From the NCBI RefSeq assembly GCF_018350175.1, contig NC_058374.1:47492001-47556000 (forward strand): a stretch of DNA of 64,000 bases. The letters are read 5' to 3'. Source of the DNA: Felis catus (taxonomy: Eukaryota). The translations under genes and the position numbers were made by a program. The first letter of the stretch is position 1, and the number at the start of each line of letters is the position of its first letter. The notes below the pieces were generated by a model that saw only the letters and a list, made by a program, of their open reading frames with translations, had not been told where the DNA came from and ran no database searches. Shown one piece after another: positions 41,783 through 56,123 of this stretch.

Positions 41783-43640
41783 CTGTGCAAGGAAGAAGCA
41801 AACAAACAATCCAATGGAGGAATTTTAGCCCCAAACTACCTATGGGGCCATTAATATGAAGCAATAGGGTTCCAGCCAACTATGGGGAGGACTGGTTCAA
41901 AGTAAGGCTCGAGTTGGAACTCAGCCAGAATCTAAAGCCTAAATCGCAGGCTGTTCTTTATGTGATTTCAGGTTGAAAGGAGGAGTTCTTTCCCTCCCAC
42001 TGGGAATGATGAGAATGTAAGTCGGGCCTGAAGCCAACTCATAAGCTGTGTCTGAAAGGAGAAGGAGTAAAAAGGAATCAATAAAAATAATAACAGAAAT
42101 AATGAAAAGTAACCATCACAATGATAACAACAAATAGCACGGGTTAGATTTATATAACATTTTTCATTTCTCAGTTCATTACAGTCCAGAGTGGGGATAA
42201 GTGTAGGTGTATGTGTTTCGATAGATGTGCAGGGCTATTTTTGTGGTCAGAAAGGTTTCAATATTCTGTTTTGCAGCACAAGGAGAGAAAGGAGTAGTCG
42301 GGGTTGTAGCGGCACAGGCTTACGTTAAGAGCGAATGTGCGCAACGACGGGAAAATCCAACGTATAGAAGAATTCAGGTCTCTCAAGTTCCCAACATAGA
42401 AGAATCTCACATTATATATTGTGCTTCCCAAGGGAGGAATATGTAGGGAAGGGAGTAAGACCACGGGTAAAGGCAGGAAGGCATGGACCGATATTTCAAA
42501 CCAATCTTTAGACACATCGAAGGTAGAGAAAGAAATTCAAATACAGCCATATAGGTAGGTACTAGAGAGGTCTGCAAGAAAGAAAAGCATGCATCATCTC
42601 CTTCAATTGTATAAGGTGAGTTAGCTTTATCCCTCCTTAAGAAAAAATAAGCCCTTTCCGGTATGATAAGATAACAAAAATTTTTAAAAGGCCCACGAGG
42701 ACCCTATAGAAAAGTGACACACCAAAAAACCAAAACTCTGATACGATGGACAGCTGTGGTTGTACCAGGGGCCAGGCTACCTACCGAAGTGGTCCTACAC
42801 CCAAGCTCAAATCTCATCTCCTGTAATCTGCTGTGATGTCGTGGTGATAAGACAGAGTCTAACAGTATTTAAGGAAACATGCATCTGAGTAGCTCTTCCA
42901 AAACTGGAGCCACCGGGAGGTCCAGGTGCTGCTAGTTATCATACAACACAGGAAATCAGCTACAAGACCCCTTGACCCCAAAGTCCCAACATCTATAATG
43001 CTCAATCGTCTATCTATCTTATCCCACAGCCGTGGCTTTCAGAGGCCAAATGAATAAAGGGACCAATGTGGCTGGGATTATGCAAGCCAAGGTGTTTCCA
43101 GTTCATGAGCTCCTCTTAACAAACAAATAACTTTCTAGTGTATAAAGCTGGATCAAAGAACACTAATAAAAGCGGGAATTGGAGATCAGTTAACACATTC
43201 TCACTGTTTGTGGTCTAAAAACCTTCACCCTTTTCTTCCTTTATTCCTCCCTTGTCCAAAAGACACCAGAATCATCATGTTCACCTTTTAGTCAACAGGT
43301 CTTCATGTCACATGTAATACATGAACCTTAGCCTTGACGCTTCTCTTTTACTTTTACAGCTATTTTATTTATTCCTGGTTCACGGTTACATTAATGCAAG
43401 TAGAACATAATTTGTAAAAAAAAAAAAAAAAAAAAGTATACATAGAAGTATGTAATAGCATAGGAGTCTTTGTGCACTGGCCTGAATTATATTGTCAAAT
43501 TCAACTTGGAAATCCACAGAAAGCAAATGCAGTCTTGTTTGCTTTAAGTTTGGCACCCAAGCATGATATAGCTGATTCAGTGTACATTTAATAAATGTGN
43601 NNNNNNNNNNNNNNNNNNNNNNNNNNNNNNNNNNNNNNNN

Positions 43641-43885
<245 letters not shown>

Positions 43886-44799
43886 TTAAGTTAGCATTTA
43901 GTGGATTTATAATGGAAGGGACCCAACTACAGTTCACCAAATACAATAGCCCTCACTTAGGAACAGCAGTTGCTAACTGAAAGAGGACTTCAATTCAATG
44001 CAATTTAATACATATTGTTGAGAGCTTTCTATTTGCCCAATCCTGAATTTAATCTATAACCTTTGCATGTTCCATTTGTGCATACTGTACAATATCAGTG
44101 ACGATGGGGATGTGCTGTTAGCTTAACTGCACGGGCTTAGTCACCTTTACACCTGAAAATTATGTAAAATATGGTTACAGGTCTCTTAATTTAGGGGTCT
44201 AAATACATTGTCATTGCACCATTTAAGGCTATAGAACTTTAGTGGGATGAACTACATTGTACCCCTGAAAACAATTTGTCGGATATCAAATATATTTTGC
44301 TAAGAAATTTTCTTGACCTTCCTTGATGCATTAAAAGCCTATATTTATTCTACATGAGTTGTTGAACAAACTGTAAAATCAAATACAGTTTTCATTATGT
44401 TCCTTCCCTTGCTTAAGAACTAAGAGTAGATCTCCAGTGCCTATCATAACAAAGTGAAATTTCTTAGCTTAGATGTGTGGCATCAGCTTATTTCTGGTAT
44501 TGCCCTGCAATTAATAAGACTGTATGTTGCTTCCTGAACAAATTATTCATTTGTATCTTCATGGCCTCATATAGTCTGTCCCCTCAGCATGAACTCACTT
44601 TTCTCTTGAGGCCAATTCATGTCCTTCATCTCAAAATGTAACTCAAAGCAATTTCTTCAGGACACCTTCTGTGAATTCTTTCCTCCATCACATCTACCCC
44701 AAAGTATTTGATGTTCTGGGTTTCTATCATGCTACAAATGCAATTACTCTCTGAATGAACTGGTTAAGTTCTCAGAGCTACTCTTTGATATAGTCATTA

Positions 44800-45025
44800 G
44801 AAGTTTAAGGTCTTAACTGAGACAGATACGGATTGAAGATCAGTTCTGCCACTTACGACTGTGTGATCTTGGGCAAGTGACATGAACTCCATGCATCATT
44901 TCCTCATTTGCAAGAAGGAGACAATGATGTCTCGTTTTCAAGGCTCTCGTGTGGATTAGATGATATAATGTATAAGACGTGACTGGCACAGCACCCTTGC
45001 ACGCAGTAAGTGCTCAATAAAGATT
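44800..45025 (+). mobile_element. MIR SINE
   Basis: TCTGCCACTTAC...TGTGTGATCTTGGGCAAGTGAC...TTTCCTCATTTG...GTAAGTGCTCAATAAA. Confidence 0.75.
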
Positions 45026-45792
45026 ATATTATTTTAAACTCACGTCTATATTCTGCATTCCCCAGTAAAGTTCACACTCTCCAACCTCCCCATTCTAATA
45101 GTACAGCAGTGATCAGCTAGAACGTGGCCAGAGTAGCTCCCGTAGCTTGGCACAGGAAAGACGATATAGATATTTCAAGTCCTCTTGGTTTCAATACTAT
45201 GGGGATATATTTACTTCAGAGATATATTTGGAATACTCAGGAGTACTCTGAACCTCTGGACTTGTGTGGGCTTAAAGACATTCTCCTTTCTCTTTCCCTT
45301 GACCTGAAAAGCTCAGGAGCTTCTCTGAATATAGGGATTTCATAAACCACAAAATGTCACAGCACCAGGAACCACAAATACCGTCTTCAGTGTGCAGAGT
45401 TGGCCATAGTTAAGAGCAGAGTCATACAGTGGGGTTAGGCAATCTGGGATGCGTCAAAAGACCACTTCTTCTTGACTCAAGAGGCTTCCCGTCTGACTTA
45501 TCACGGTGCTTTTCTCCATTAAGAGTTTTTGTTTCATTGGTTTTGAAAGGGTTGTGATTTTTAAGTGAATAAAAGAGTCCTAGAATTTTAGAGTTGTATA
45601 AAGCCACTCCAGGTTAACCAGTCCACACCCTTCATTTCACAGATGAAGACCAAGGCAAAGAGGACAAGTAATCTGCTCACTGACACACAGTGGTAGTGAA
45701 GGTCAACACTATCAGGAATCAATTGGCTTAATTAATAGTACTCTTCTTTGTCCCCAGCGGAGAGTAAGTTTAAGGGGACAGAGATATGTTTT

Positions 45793-46002
45793 TTTAAAGT
45801 TTATTTTTATTTATTAACTTTTGATAGAGATAGTGAGTGTAAGTGGGGGAGGGGCAGACAGACAGGGAGACAGAATACCGAGCGGGCTCCGTGCTGTCAT
45901 CGCAGAGCCTGATGCAGGGCTCAAACTCACGAACTGTGAGATCATGACCTGAGCTGAAATCGGGAGTTGGATACTTAACCGACTGGACCACCCAGATGCC
46001 CC
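45793..46002 (-). mobile_element. Can-SINE (diverged)
   Basis: Head, CT tract and tail; TSD ACAG(A/G)GATATGTTTT (45778-45792, 46004-46018). Confidence 0.93.
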
Positions 46003-46489
46003 AACAGGGATATGTTTTATGGAAGAGACAGAATGCTATGCATATCACAGTCAATGACAATACTTCATTTGTTTGGAAACAGGTAGCCCCCAAATCAAAT
46101 GCAGAATACATTCTATAGCAGGCAGCAATGTATAAACAAACTCCTTTTGATCAGCGACTCCCCACTTTGCTAGAACGATGACAACTGAGCCTCACAGTGA
46201 CCAAGATATCCGAGGGCCCAGCATATTTTCTGCAACATCAGTGAAAGTTGAAATCGTGTCAGGTACAATTCTGGTGTAGGTCATTATATGTGTGGTCTTT
46301 TTTTTTTTTTTTGAAAATTAGCAATCCATGTAAGGTATACGCAATAATTTTGATTCACCAGATAGAATCTGATGTCCAGGGTGCCTCACTTCCTGATGAA
46401 GCCAGATTATGGAAAGTTTCTGCACTACTCCTTTGTAACTTTAAATTTTTAAATTATCTTCAGATTTCCAGATGTTGTTTATAACCATG

Positions 46490-47075
46490 TCCTTGAACAA
46501 AAACTAAAGAAAGGATCAAGGACCTAACATAGCCAAGATGACTGCAAAAGAAGAAAAAAAGTTGAAGGACTTATAATACCTGACTTTAAGACTTGTTACA
46601 AGGTGATAGAGATTGTGGCAGTGTGATAATAGCACGGAGAAAATAAGGAGATCATCTGAATAGACTAGAGTGCCCACCAACAGACTAACACATATATGGT
46701 CACAAAGGCAATTAAGCAGAGATAGGAGTATCTTCAACAAATGGTACAGGAACAATTAGATATCCATATGCAAAAAAAAAAAAAAAAAAGAACTTCATCC
46801 CACACCTCATGAGATATATAGAAATTAACACAAAGTGAATCACATGCCTAAATATAAATTATAATATTTCCAGGAGAAAATACAGGACACAGTCTTTGTA
46901 ACCTTGAGTTAGACAAAGATTGATTTCTAGAGATATGACACCAAAGCACAATCCACCAATAAAGGAAAAAAAAAAATCAGGCTTCATCAAAATTAAGTAC
47001 TCTTTGAAAGAAAGTTAAGATCATGAAGAGAGAAGCCACCAAGGGAGAGAAAATATTTGAAAATAGAGTCATTAA
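46490..47075 (+). mobile_element. Old L1M ORF2 fragment
   Basis: ATAGCCAAG...GTTGAAGGACTTATAATACCTGACTTTAAGACTT...TCTTCAACAAATGGTACAGGAACAATTAGATATCCATATGC. Confidence 0.8.
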
Positions 47076-49199
47076 AAATCTAAAGGGAATAAATGATAAC
47101 AGAGCCAGATTCTTAAACACTGAAAGGTGAAAGCATCTTCCGTAAGAAAACAACCAGAGAAACCAGCCAGACAGAAAGAATGGAAAGGCACAGTCCTTGG
47201 AATGCACTGGTCTCAGAGGCAGATAATTTGTATTGGCTTCTAGTTCCTTCTCTGACCAGCTGTGTGAACATGGGCAAGTTATTTAAATTCACAGAGCCCC
47301 ATTTTTCTGGAAGTATTATTTTTAGTAATAATATATAGGAAACCACTTAACACAGTATCTGGTACATGCTGGATTCTCAAAATTATTGACTGCTTCTCTG
47401 AGGATGAAGTTCTAACATCTAAAATTGTCTTGTGTTAGCCAATGTTCCCTAAGATGGAAAACTCTTGTTCTCTCATTTGTTCCTTAAACTAGGCCAGTTC
47501 TGGGGACCAAGAGGGTGAGCGCACTGCCCCAGAATTAGCCAAAGCAGAGGCAGAAGCGAGCTTGCCTTTTCCTTTGAAAATTCTTGTCCCAGCTTGAGAG
47601 GTTTAAATAAAACTCGAATTTAAAAAAAAAAATATCCATCATTGGACATTGAACTTGGCTAAAATTCATGGCCATAGAGAACTGCATGTTCAGTGAGGCC
47701 TGTGGGGAAGAAGGAAAGAATAATCTCCCAAATACTTTGACACTTCCACTAAATGCCCTGTAACAAAATTTACCCCAAGCTGTGAGGCATTATATGGCAC
47801 TTGTTTAACCTGAATAGCAATCAATGCTCTCTGGGGTTTGGGGAAGGAGTATCATTTTGTACTGCCAGGAACCACAAGTCTTAAAATCCACAGAACGGGG
47901 GGGGGGGATCCCAAGAAACAATTAAAAAGGATTTAAAAACCCCCCAATACACCAAGGAGATCAACACTGGATTAAAGAGCTCTGTCTGATTTTTAAGTAG
48001 GGAACTGTACACAGTATTCCTTATTGGTCACCTTTGGCCATCACAGGGTTTCCTTGAATTTGGAATCTTTTTCCCGAGTTACCCAGATTGGGATTATAGA
48101 AACAGATTTCCCCATATCACAAGTGAGGAAACTGAAGGCCTAAAGAGACCAAGTAAGTTGTTCCAGGCCACATGGCGAAGCTGGAGGACAAGCTGAGGCT
48201 TGACCTCTGGGAGCTGAGCCTTCCCACTGCCGGCTCGTATGCTGGCTGACTAGTCCCTACTACTGCTTACTGGGAATGAAGCCCCACACGGCAAGTGGGG
48301 CCACCTGTGAGGGTGTCCTTCCCTTTCTGGCACAGCAAACGCTGACTTGCATTCACCCTCTGGATTCAACACGTGGCTTCCAGCAATTACTGTAAGCACA
48401 CATTTGCACAAGGGCAAAACAATGCCGAACGTTAAGAGAACTGTAATCTCACTTGATCCTCCTGGACAGCTGTGGGGAATCAGAAATCAACCCTCTTAGC
48501 TGTTTAGACCATCATCTCAGCCCCTGTCTTAAGAACCTCAAAGTGAATTAGTCTTGGCAAGCCATGCCAGGAGAGAGGTGCTAGAAGGCTGGAGTAAAGG
48601 TCCCTGCCTCACCCGAAGATGATTGGACTGGAGGGTCGTGGGGCTGAATGGAGAGCCTCTCATACAGCCTGTTGCAGAGAAGGGTAAGGGAAGTGTGGAT
48701 CTGATCCATTTCGTCTTATTTATTAAATAAATATATAAACTTATTTTCTTATGTATAAGGCATTACTAATTCATTCGTAGCGGTTACTCATATCCAACAC
48801 CTATGTAATAACTCACATTATCTCCTTTAACTATAATAATTAAAATGCATCAATTCATTTGGTAAATATTTGCCAAGCATCTCTTAGTGTAGAGGGCTGT
48901 ATTAAGAACTAAGGGTACGAAGAAGAAGAAAAAAATCAGGCTCTGTTTTCAAAAGATTTACATATTAGACAGTCAGAGAGGTAAACATTCATTGGATTTT
49001 CTACTCATTTTCTTTTTCATTCATTCCTTTATTCTTTCATTCATACAGCTATTCAGCAAGGATCTATGGGCATCTGCCATGTGTAGATGTTATTCTCGGT
49101 GCTGGGGATACAGTATTACAGAAGAATAAGATCCTGCTTTGAAAGAGTTCACATTATAAAGAAGGGAGGCAAATAATAAGTGACCCCTGCCTGTTAAAG

Positions 49200-49924
49200 G
49201 TGGTGGACTGAGAGCCACCGATTCTTCCACTCCTTCCACCAAGGGGTGAGGTCTATGTTCTCTCCCTTTGATTCTGGCCTGTGCTTGGTGACTTGCGTGG
49301 CCAATAAAATGTGCAGAAGTAAGTACACATTTACTTCTGTGCCTTTTTCTTTTTTAATGTTTATTTAGTTTTGAGAGACAGACAGACAGAACACAAGTGG
49401 GGGAGGGCCAGAAAGAGAGGGAGACACAGAATCTGAAGCAGGCTCTGAGCTGTCTGCACAGAGCCCGCTGTGGGGCTGAGATCCACAAGCTCTGAGATCA
49501 TGACCTGAACTGAAGTCAGACACTTAACCGACTGGGCCATGTAGGTGCCCCTGCATTCTGGGACTTCTGAGGCTAGGTTATAACAATCTTTCCAGCTTCT
49601 ACCTGGACCCCTTGGAACCTCGCTTCAGGGGAAGCAGTCCGCTCTGTAAAAAGTCCAACAACCCTGAGGCCACCACGCTGGAGCCATCACAGTCCTGTCT
49701 ACAGTCCCAGCCTAGCCCAGGCTTCCAAATGTTCCAGTAAGAGTACCAGGTATTAGAGTAAAGCCATCTTGGACCCTTCAGCTGAGCCCAGCTACCAGAA
49801 GAATCGCCCAGTGAAGCCCTGAGCAAATATATGACCCCCAAATTAGTCAAATACCCTGAATGGTTCTTGCTTCAAGCCACTAAGTGTCAGGGTGGTCTAC
49901 TGTGCAGCAATAGACAGCTGGAAC
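49200..49924 (+). mobile_element. MLT1 (G/H-like) MaLR LTR interrupted by a Can-SINE
   Basis: GTGACTTGCGTGGCCAATAAAATGTGCAGAAGT...GACTTCTGAGGCTAGGT...AAGCCACTAAGTG...GCAGCAATAGACAGCTGGAAC. Confidence 0.7.
49344..49551 (-). mobile_element. Can-SINE (diverged) nested in MLT1
   Basis: T-tail, GAGAGACAGACAGA, CACAGAATCTGAAGCAGGCTC...GGTGCCCC. Confidence 0.92.
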
Positions 49925-49929
49925 GTGGA

Positions 49930-50560
49930 CGGTTTCCAATAGTGACAATGAAGTGCTACGAAGAAGCTAGAAACAGCTATTAGACAAGAAAAAGAGTGAC
50001 TAGTAGAAGAACAAGTTCAGATCAGCTGTCCTGCAAAGGCCTCTCCGAGAAGGCGGCATCTGAATGGAAACCCACGTGACAAGAAGGATCCAGGCCTGCA
50101 AAGACCTGGGGAACGCATACTGGGCCCAGGGAACAGCAGACACAAAGGCCTGACCAGGGGACAAGCCTGGCGTGGTGAAGGGACAGTGAGCAACATGATG
50201 GGTGCTAGGAGTAATGTGCCTGTGCAGCAGTGGGAGCACAGAGCACGGGGCATCGTCCTCAACAGCCTTACAGAAGCTGCAGCATGGGGGTCAAGAACAG
50301 AAGGAAGCGTTTTCCAGTTGGACAAGAGGAGCAAAGGGGCTTCTAGGTAGTGACAACGGGGGGGGTGCAGTGACATCTGATGGGGAGAGAGTTTGGGCAT
50401 GACTAGAGATCATGAGCTGCTTGTCACTGTCTGAGCCTCGCAGATGTGGCCGTGATAACTGGAGGCTGACATGGCTGAAGACGGAGACAGAGCCGGGATC
50501 ACAAAGGGACTCGAATGCCGCGTAAGGAAGTTCAGAGTGCATGCTCTAAGGGAGAAGAAA
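49930..50560 (-). mobile_element. L2 fragment
   Basis: AAGGCCTCTCCGAGAAGGCGGCATCTGA...GGGAACAGCAGACACAAAGGCC. A matching L2 3' part lies at 49020-49180, before the LTR. Confidence 0.55.
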
Positions 50561-50790
50561 CAGCAGAGCCTCTGGAGCCAAACTGTCTGAATTCAAATCC
50601 CCGCTCTGCTGCTTGATAGCTGTGTGACCTGGAGCACCTCACTTAACTTCTCTGTGCCCCGGTTTCCACTTTTGTGCAGTGGGGCTAATAACAGTACCTA
50701 CCTCATAAGGCTTCTTAGTATTCAGCCAATTAATCTCGGCAAAATATTAGCACTGTGCCTGGCACATGACAAATATACCATATTAGCTAT
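50560..50790 (+). mobile_element. MIR SINE
   Basis: CTCTGGAGCCAAACTG...TTCAAATCCC...AGCTGTGTGACCT...ACTTAACTTCTCTGTGCC...GTACCTACCTCATAAGG...GTGCCTGGCACAT. Confidence 0.8.
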
Positions 50791-51956
50791 TATTGCTGTC
50801 ATTATTGTTACTGTCAGCATCATCATTATCAGAGGCAACTGAGGGTCAAGAGTGGGTTTTTGTGTTAGAAAGAGCCCAGAGGTGTCAGCATGAAGGACAG
50901 GTTGGAGGACTAACTAAGACAGAGAGGAGCTGAGCAGGACTTGAGCTCCCATGATGATCTGGAACCAGGCGGTGGGGGTGGGGGGTGGTAAAGAGGAACG
51001 GAAACATCATCAGCTACCTCCCTCCCTTCTGAGAATATGAAAGATGGCATGTGCACAGCTAGCTAAAATACAAGACCGCCCAGGCATGTACCAGGCATGT
51101 TCTCTTCAAAAGAGAAAGACCGGAATCAGCCTGGAAGGCTTCTTGGAGGAGGCTGGGTGTAAGCTGGCGGGGTGAATGGGCTGGGTTTGGAAGGATAGAG
51201 ATGGGAAGCTAACGTCGGTTTACACCGGAAGACCCCCTCTGCTTTAAGAGTCCTCCTCCAACACTGCTTAGTTTCCATGGTGAGTGAGGAAATACGTCTG
51301 CAGAGAAGTCTTTGCGGCCATGACGCCAGGAGAAAGAGCAGGTTCTGAAAACAAAAGAAAAACCCTCCTAAATACTGACTGGGTCCAGGCTTCTGTGCTG
51401 ACCACCAGACAAAGCCCAATGAGGTTAATTAGAGTTAGATCCTGTGAACGAGGGCACACAAATGACAGCAGCTCTACTAACATGAAGAGGGTGGGGAGGA
51501 AATGCCTTCCTGGGCACTTGGCTGCCTGAAAATGGCTCTTCTCATTCAGTGGGAGTCTGACCAGCATGTGCAGATTGGGACCGGCCAGCACCATGACCTT
51601 GCAGAGATGCATACTGTACGTTCTGCTTGCAGGGTCCATCCACACGGACGCGGAATCTGGGGGCTTTTGTCCTCAGAGTTTAACAATCCTCCACATAAAT
51701 ATTCATCCCATTATGCCTGCTTTTACATTTGAATCACAAAAAGAATCAATGCCCAAATGCCACTCAGCCTTCCAAGGCACCCGAGGGAAAAGGTGGGAAG
51801 GCTTCAGACACAAGGGTGGCTTTTATGAGGATGTGGCAGAGCATCAGAATCCTAAAGGGACCGCTTTTTTTTTTTTTTTTTTACCTACCCAGGACCCTCC
51901 CGTTATCATTATTATTACCATGCATACCCTGCTTCACCACTAGTTTTGTTATCGAC

Positions 51957-51958
51957 AT

Positions 51959-51994
<36 letters not shown>

Positions 51995-52190
51995 ATGTTT
52001 ATTTTTGAGAGACAGAGACAGAGTGCAAGCAGGGGAGGGGCAGAGAGCGAGAAGGAGACAGAATCCGAAGCACGTTCCAGGCTCTGAGCTGTCAGCACAG
52101 AGCCTGAGGCAGGGCTTGAACCCATGAACCATGAGATCATGACCTGAGCCAAAATCGGATGCTCAACTGACTGAGCCACCCAGGCGCCCC
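51957..52190 (-). mobile_element. Can-SINE with (AAAT)n-expanded tail
   Basis: (ATTT)n tail and full body ending CCCAGGCGCCCC. Confidence 0.95.
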
Positions 52191-52240
52191 GACTTGTATT
52201 ATTTTAATGAAATGTGTTATTCTTTCATGCATGCATTTTA

Positions 52241-52491
52241 TTTTTATTTTATTTTATTTTATTTTATTTTATTTTTTTTTTTTTTTCAACATTTATTTAT
52301 TTTTTTGGGAGAGAGAGAGACAGAGCATGAACGGGGGAGGGGCAGAGAGAGAGGGAGACACAGAATCGGAAACAGGCTCCAGGCTCTGAGCCATCAGCCC
52401 AGAGCCTGACGCGGGGCTCGAACTCACGGACCGCGAGATCGCGACCTGGCTGAAGTCGGACGCTCAACCGACTGCGCCACCCAGGCGCCCC
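52241..52491 (-). mobile_element. Young felid Can-SINE (SINEC_Fc-like)
   Basis: Exact 15-bp TSD CATGCATGCATTTTA (52226-52240, 52492-52506); CpGs intact; long (AAAAT)n tail. Confidence 0.97.
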
Positions 52492-52506
52492 CATGCATGC
52501 ATTTTA

Positions 52507-53150
52507 AATTGTAAAGTGTAACTGACGTAAAACGTAGCATTAATTTTTTTTTTCATTTTAAATATTTTTAGGTGTACCGTACTGTGGCATGAAGTATATT
52601 CACACTGTTGTGCAGCCATCCCCACCATCCATCTCCAGGACTTTTTATCTTCCCCAACTGAAACTACGTACCTGTGAAACACTACATCCCCATTAGTTCT
52701 ATGCCTTTTGACCATACACAGAATCTTGTAACCCCAGGCACAATCAGGACATAGAACAACCCCATCACCTGCTGAAACACCCCCCACCTTTAACCTCTGG
52801 CGACCACTGATCTGTTCTCTATCCCCGTTAAGTTTTGTCTTTTCCAGAATGTCATTTACATGGAATCATACAGCACATAACCTTCTGAGATGGGTTTTTG
52901 CACTTCTAGTAATGCCCTTGCGATGCATCCAGGAGGATCTGTAGGTCATTCCTTTTTATTGCTGAGTAGAATTGCATCGTACGGGTGTATCGGCTTGTTT
53001 ATCCATTTATCCATGTAAGGACATTTAGGTTACTTTCGGTTTGGGGTAGTTACAAATAGAGCAGCTGTAACATTCATGTGCAGGTTTCTGCGTGAGCATA
53101 AATTTTCATTTCTCTAAGGTAAACACCCAGGAGTGGGAGTGCTGGTTCGC
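52507..53150 (-). mobile_element. Old L1M (L1MB/MC-like) 3' fragments
   Basis: ATTCACACTGTTGTGCAGCCATC...CATCTCCAG; ACCACTGATCTGTTCTCTATC...TTTCCAGAATGTCAT...TGGAATCATACAG. Confidence 0.8.
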
Positions 53151-53320
53151 ATCTCCACCCCCTGCCCAAAGGGCAACTCCTTTTGCATCTCATTTTTCCT
53201 TTGATCTCCCCAATTTCCCCATGAGCTATAAAGGAAGTACCGCAACTGTTCCTGTCTTCTTGTTGTCTGCTACTGAATTCTCCCCTCATAATATCCTACA
53301 GCCTGACCCGAATGAAGCAG

Positions 53321-53322
<2 letters not shown>

Positions 53323-53364
<42 letters not shown>
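53323..53364. repeat. (GT)21 microsatellite
   Basis: Direct. Confidence 0.95.
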
Positions 53365-53365
<1 letters not shown>

Positions 53366-55689
53366 TGACTTCAGACTCTGAGCAATGTTTGAAGCCAGGA
53401 GGAGGTGGTTGGAGAAATCAGCCTCCCCCCCTCCCCCACTATGGTCCCTGTTTGCCCAAAGGGGGAAGACAGGCAGATGGTAATCTATACATTAGGCTTT
53501 CTGAAGGCACAGTCTTCCTCACTGTTCCATGGCCCATAAATGCTTAGGACACGCAGGACAACGAGGCTGTCTCTGCTTACACTGAAGGACAATTTAATGG
53601 TAAAACAGTAAGTGTTACCTGTGGGTTATGGGCTCTAGAGACTGAAGCTCAAATCTGAGCTCCATCATTTATTAACTGAGTGACTTAATACACAAGCCAA
53701 CTGGCTTTGAAACTGAATGGCAACAATGTTCTAAGAGGAGAAGTAAGGCCTAACATCCCATTACAAATCCTCCCCTTCAAAACCTGGGGCCCAGGATCGC
53801 CACTCGGGACCCTCCCCATGGAACCACCCAGCTGTGGATATAGTGACAGATTAGAGTATAAGATTCTTCATGAATTATAACCTTCATGAAAGCTATAATC
53901 TGGGACGGAGGCGGAAGAAATAAATAATTATTATACGTTTCATTATAAATTATTCATTGGAGAGAATATTGTTCAAATTCACTCAGCAGAGGAGACTGAA
54001 CTGCAATAACAATAACATCACAGAATGTACTTAGAAGACACAGGTATATAATAAAAGGGCCGAAATTAATTCAGTTCTCTTCCTGGGCCCCTGGAGAGCC
54101 GGATACCATTCTGTTACTGCCAGAAAGTGAGTTAGCACATACTAAACACTCAATATCTTAGTCATTTCTATTCTTTTTTCTCTTATTAATATCAGCGCTG
54201 TGGTTGTCCATCGTGGCAAACACACAAAGTCTGCATATGAAGGAATGTGCACTTGGATAGGAGAAGCCTGGCAAGTACGGCTTCACGATTCTGGATGCTA
54301 TGCTGCTGGAGAAGCAGCCCTTTGCCTCTCTGGGCTCAGCATGGAACTGGGACTCCTCCGACGGACTCTGGAGGGGAGGAGGTGGTGGAGGGAACAGCAT
54401 GCCCTCCGCTGTCACCACCCTCCTGCTGTGCCCCCAGAAAGAGCGTATAGAAAATACAATGTGCCAGTTCTTCAGATTCCTGGAATTCGGTTAATTATTA
54501 GTTTTCCTCCTAGCAAAACAGTCATCTCTTTTGCAGTTTACAAAATTTAGATATATGAACCTTAATAAATATTTCCTAAAATAGTTCATAAAATCAGGTA
54601 ATGGCTTTAGAGTTTATGTAAGCTCTCTGAGGTTTGGCCCTGAGCTAGGAGAGCTGAGCAGATGATACAGAAGCTACTACTCCTGTATTAGCTTTGCCAA
54701 GTCATACCTGTGCCCCGAAGTCTTACATGTTTGGCCAAGTCTTATGTCTGGCCATAGAGTATCATCATCGGCACACATTCAATGGCTATAATCCATGCAT
54801 TAAGTCACTAAGCTCTGAAATGAAATAAAGCAACAGATACAGTCCCTCCATGACTGTTCAGCTGGAAATTAAAATGGGAAGCAGCTAATGCTTCCATGTT
54901 AACGTACCACACAACTGACATAGAGTAACTCAATCTTTCCATCGACCCTACAAGCTGGAATGGTTATCCCCACTCAGCGGACAAGAAAACTGATGAACAG
55001 GGTGGTAAGTCATTTGAATAAGGCTACACAGCCAGAAACCAGTGGAACAAGGGTTCAAACCCAGGGTCCTCACATGACCATAAAAGATACCACAGAGTTC
55101 TATCCACATCAAACAGATGCTTGGCAAACACGTGTCGGGTAGAAGAATCCAATGACTAGAGGACTGTGCCAAGTTCCAAACGGGACGTAGGGCAGGCGAG
55201 GGCTCTGCAAGTTCAGAGGGAGCAAGGATCATCATGAGGGGGTGGGGTGGGGCGCTAACGAGAGGAGGCAGAGACGGAGCTCTTATAGGTTGGCCAACTT
55301 ACATCGGTGGAGGTGTGGGGAGGGCCCCCGAGGCAAGAGGAGGGACTCAAGTACTGTGACGTCACTGAAGTTGGAAAGAACGTACATGGGAACGTGGAGC
55401 AGTGAGTCGGCGCACAGACGGAGGCCGTGCAGCAGCACCCGCTGCACGGTCAAGCTGCAGAAGGATGCCACGGCACTTAGGTAGCACTATTCAGCTACAG
55501 CAATGTGGCTAGAAAAGCAGAGAGGCTGGAGCAGAGACATTCACTGCAAAATGACTAAGGGTCTGGACTATTTTCAGGGGGAACATCATGGGAGGAATAT
55601 ATGAGAGAGATCTAGAACATAAGCCCTGACAGGATCCAAGTCAGCCTGGATATTCAGGAGGACAAAGGGAGGGAAAAGCGGTGGAGTCC

Positions 55690-56123
55690 ACATCATCCCA
55701 CCCCCTCATCTGCCACCACGCTCCTTCGCCCATCCCTCAGCAGCCATACTGGCCTCTGAGCCGTTCCTAGAATATACCAGGCATGCCCTAGCACGCTTGT
55801 CTCTCTGCTCAGAAAGCCCCGGCTAGCCATCACTCCCTTACTCGGTGGTCTTCTCACCGAGGCCTTCTCTGACCACTCGACTTAAAATTGCGACTCATCT
55901 GCCAACACCATCTCCCTTCTCTGCCTGATGTTAGCAGTTAACGCCTAATATCGTAAATAAGTGCTTTTTCAATTCATTTTCCTTTTCCTCCTTTTAGAAT
56001 GCAAGTGACATGAGGGAGAAGATTCTGTCTACGTTGATCACTGCTGTATCACTAGTGCCTAGAACAGGACCTGGCATTTAAGAGGCTCTTGGTGCGAATG
56101 AATGAATGAATGAATGAATGAAT
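55690..56123 (+). mobile_element. L2 3' end with (GAAT)n tail
   Basis: GAGGCCTTCTCTGACCAC...TAGAATGCAAG...CACTGCTGTATC...GTGCCTAGAACAGGACCTGGCA...(GAAT)6. Confidence 0.75.
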
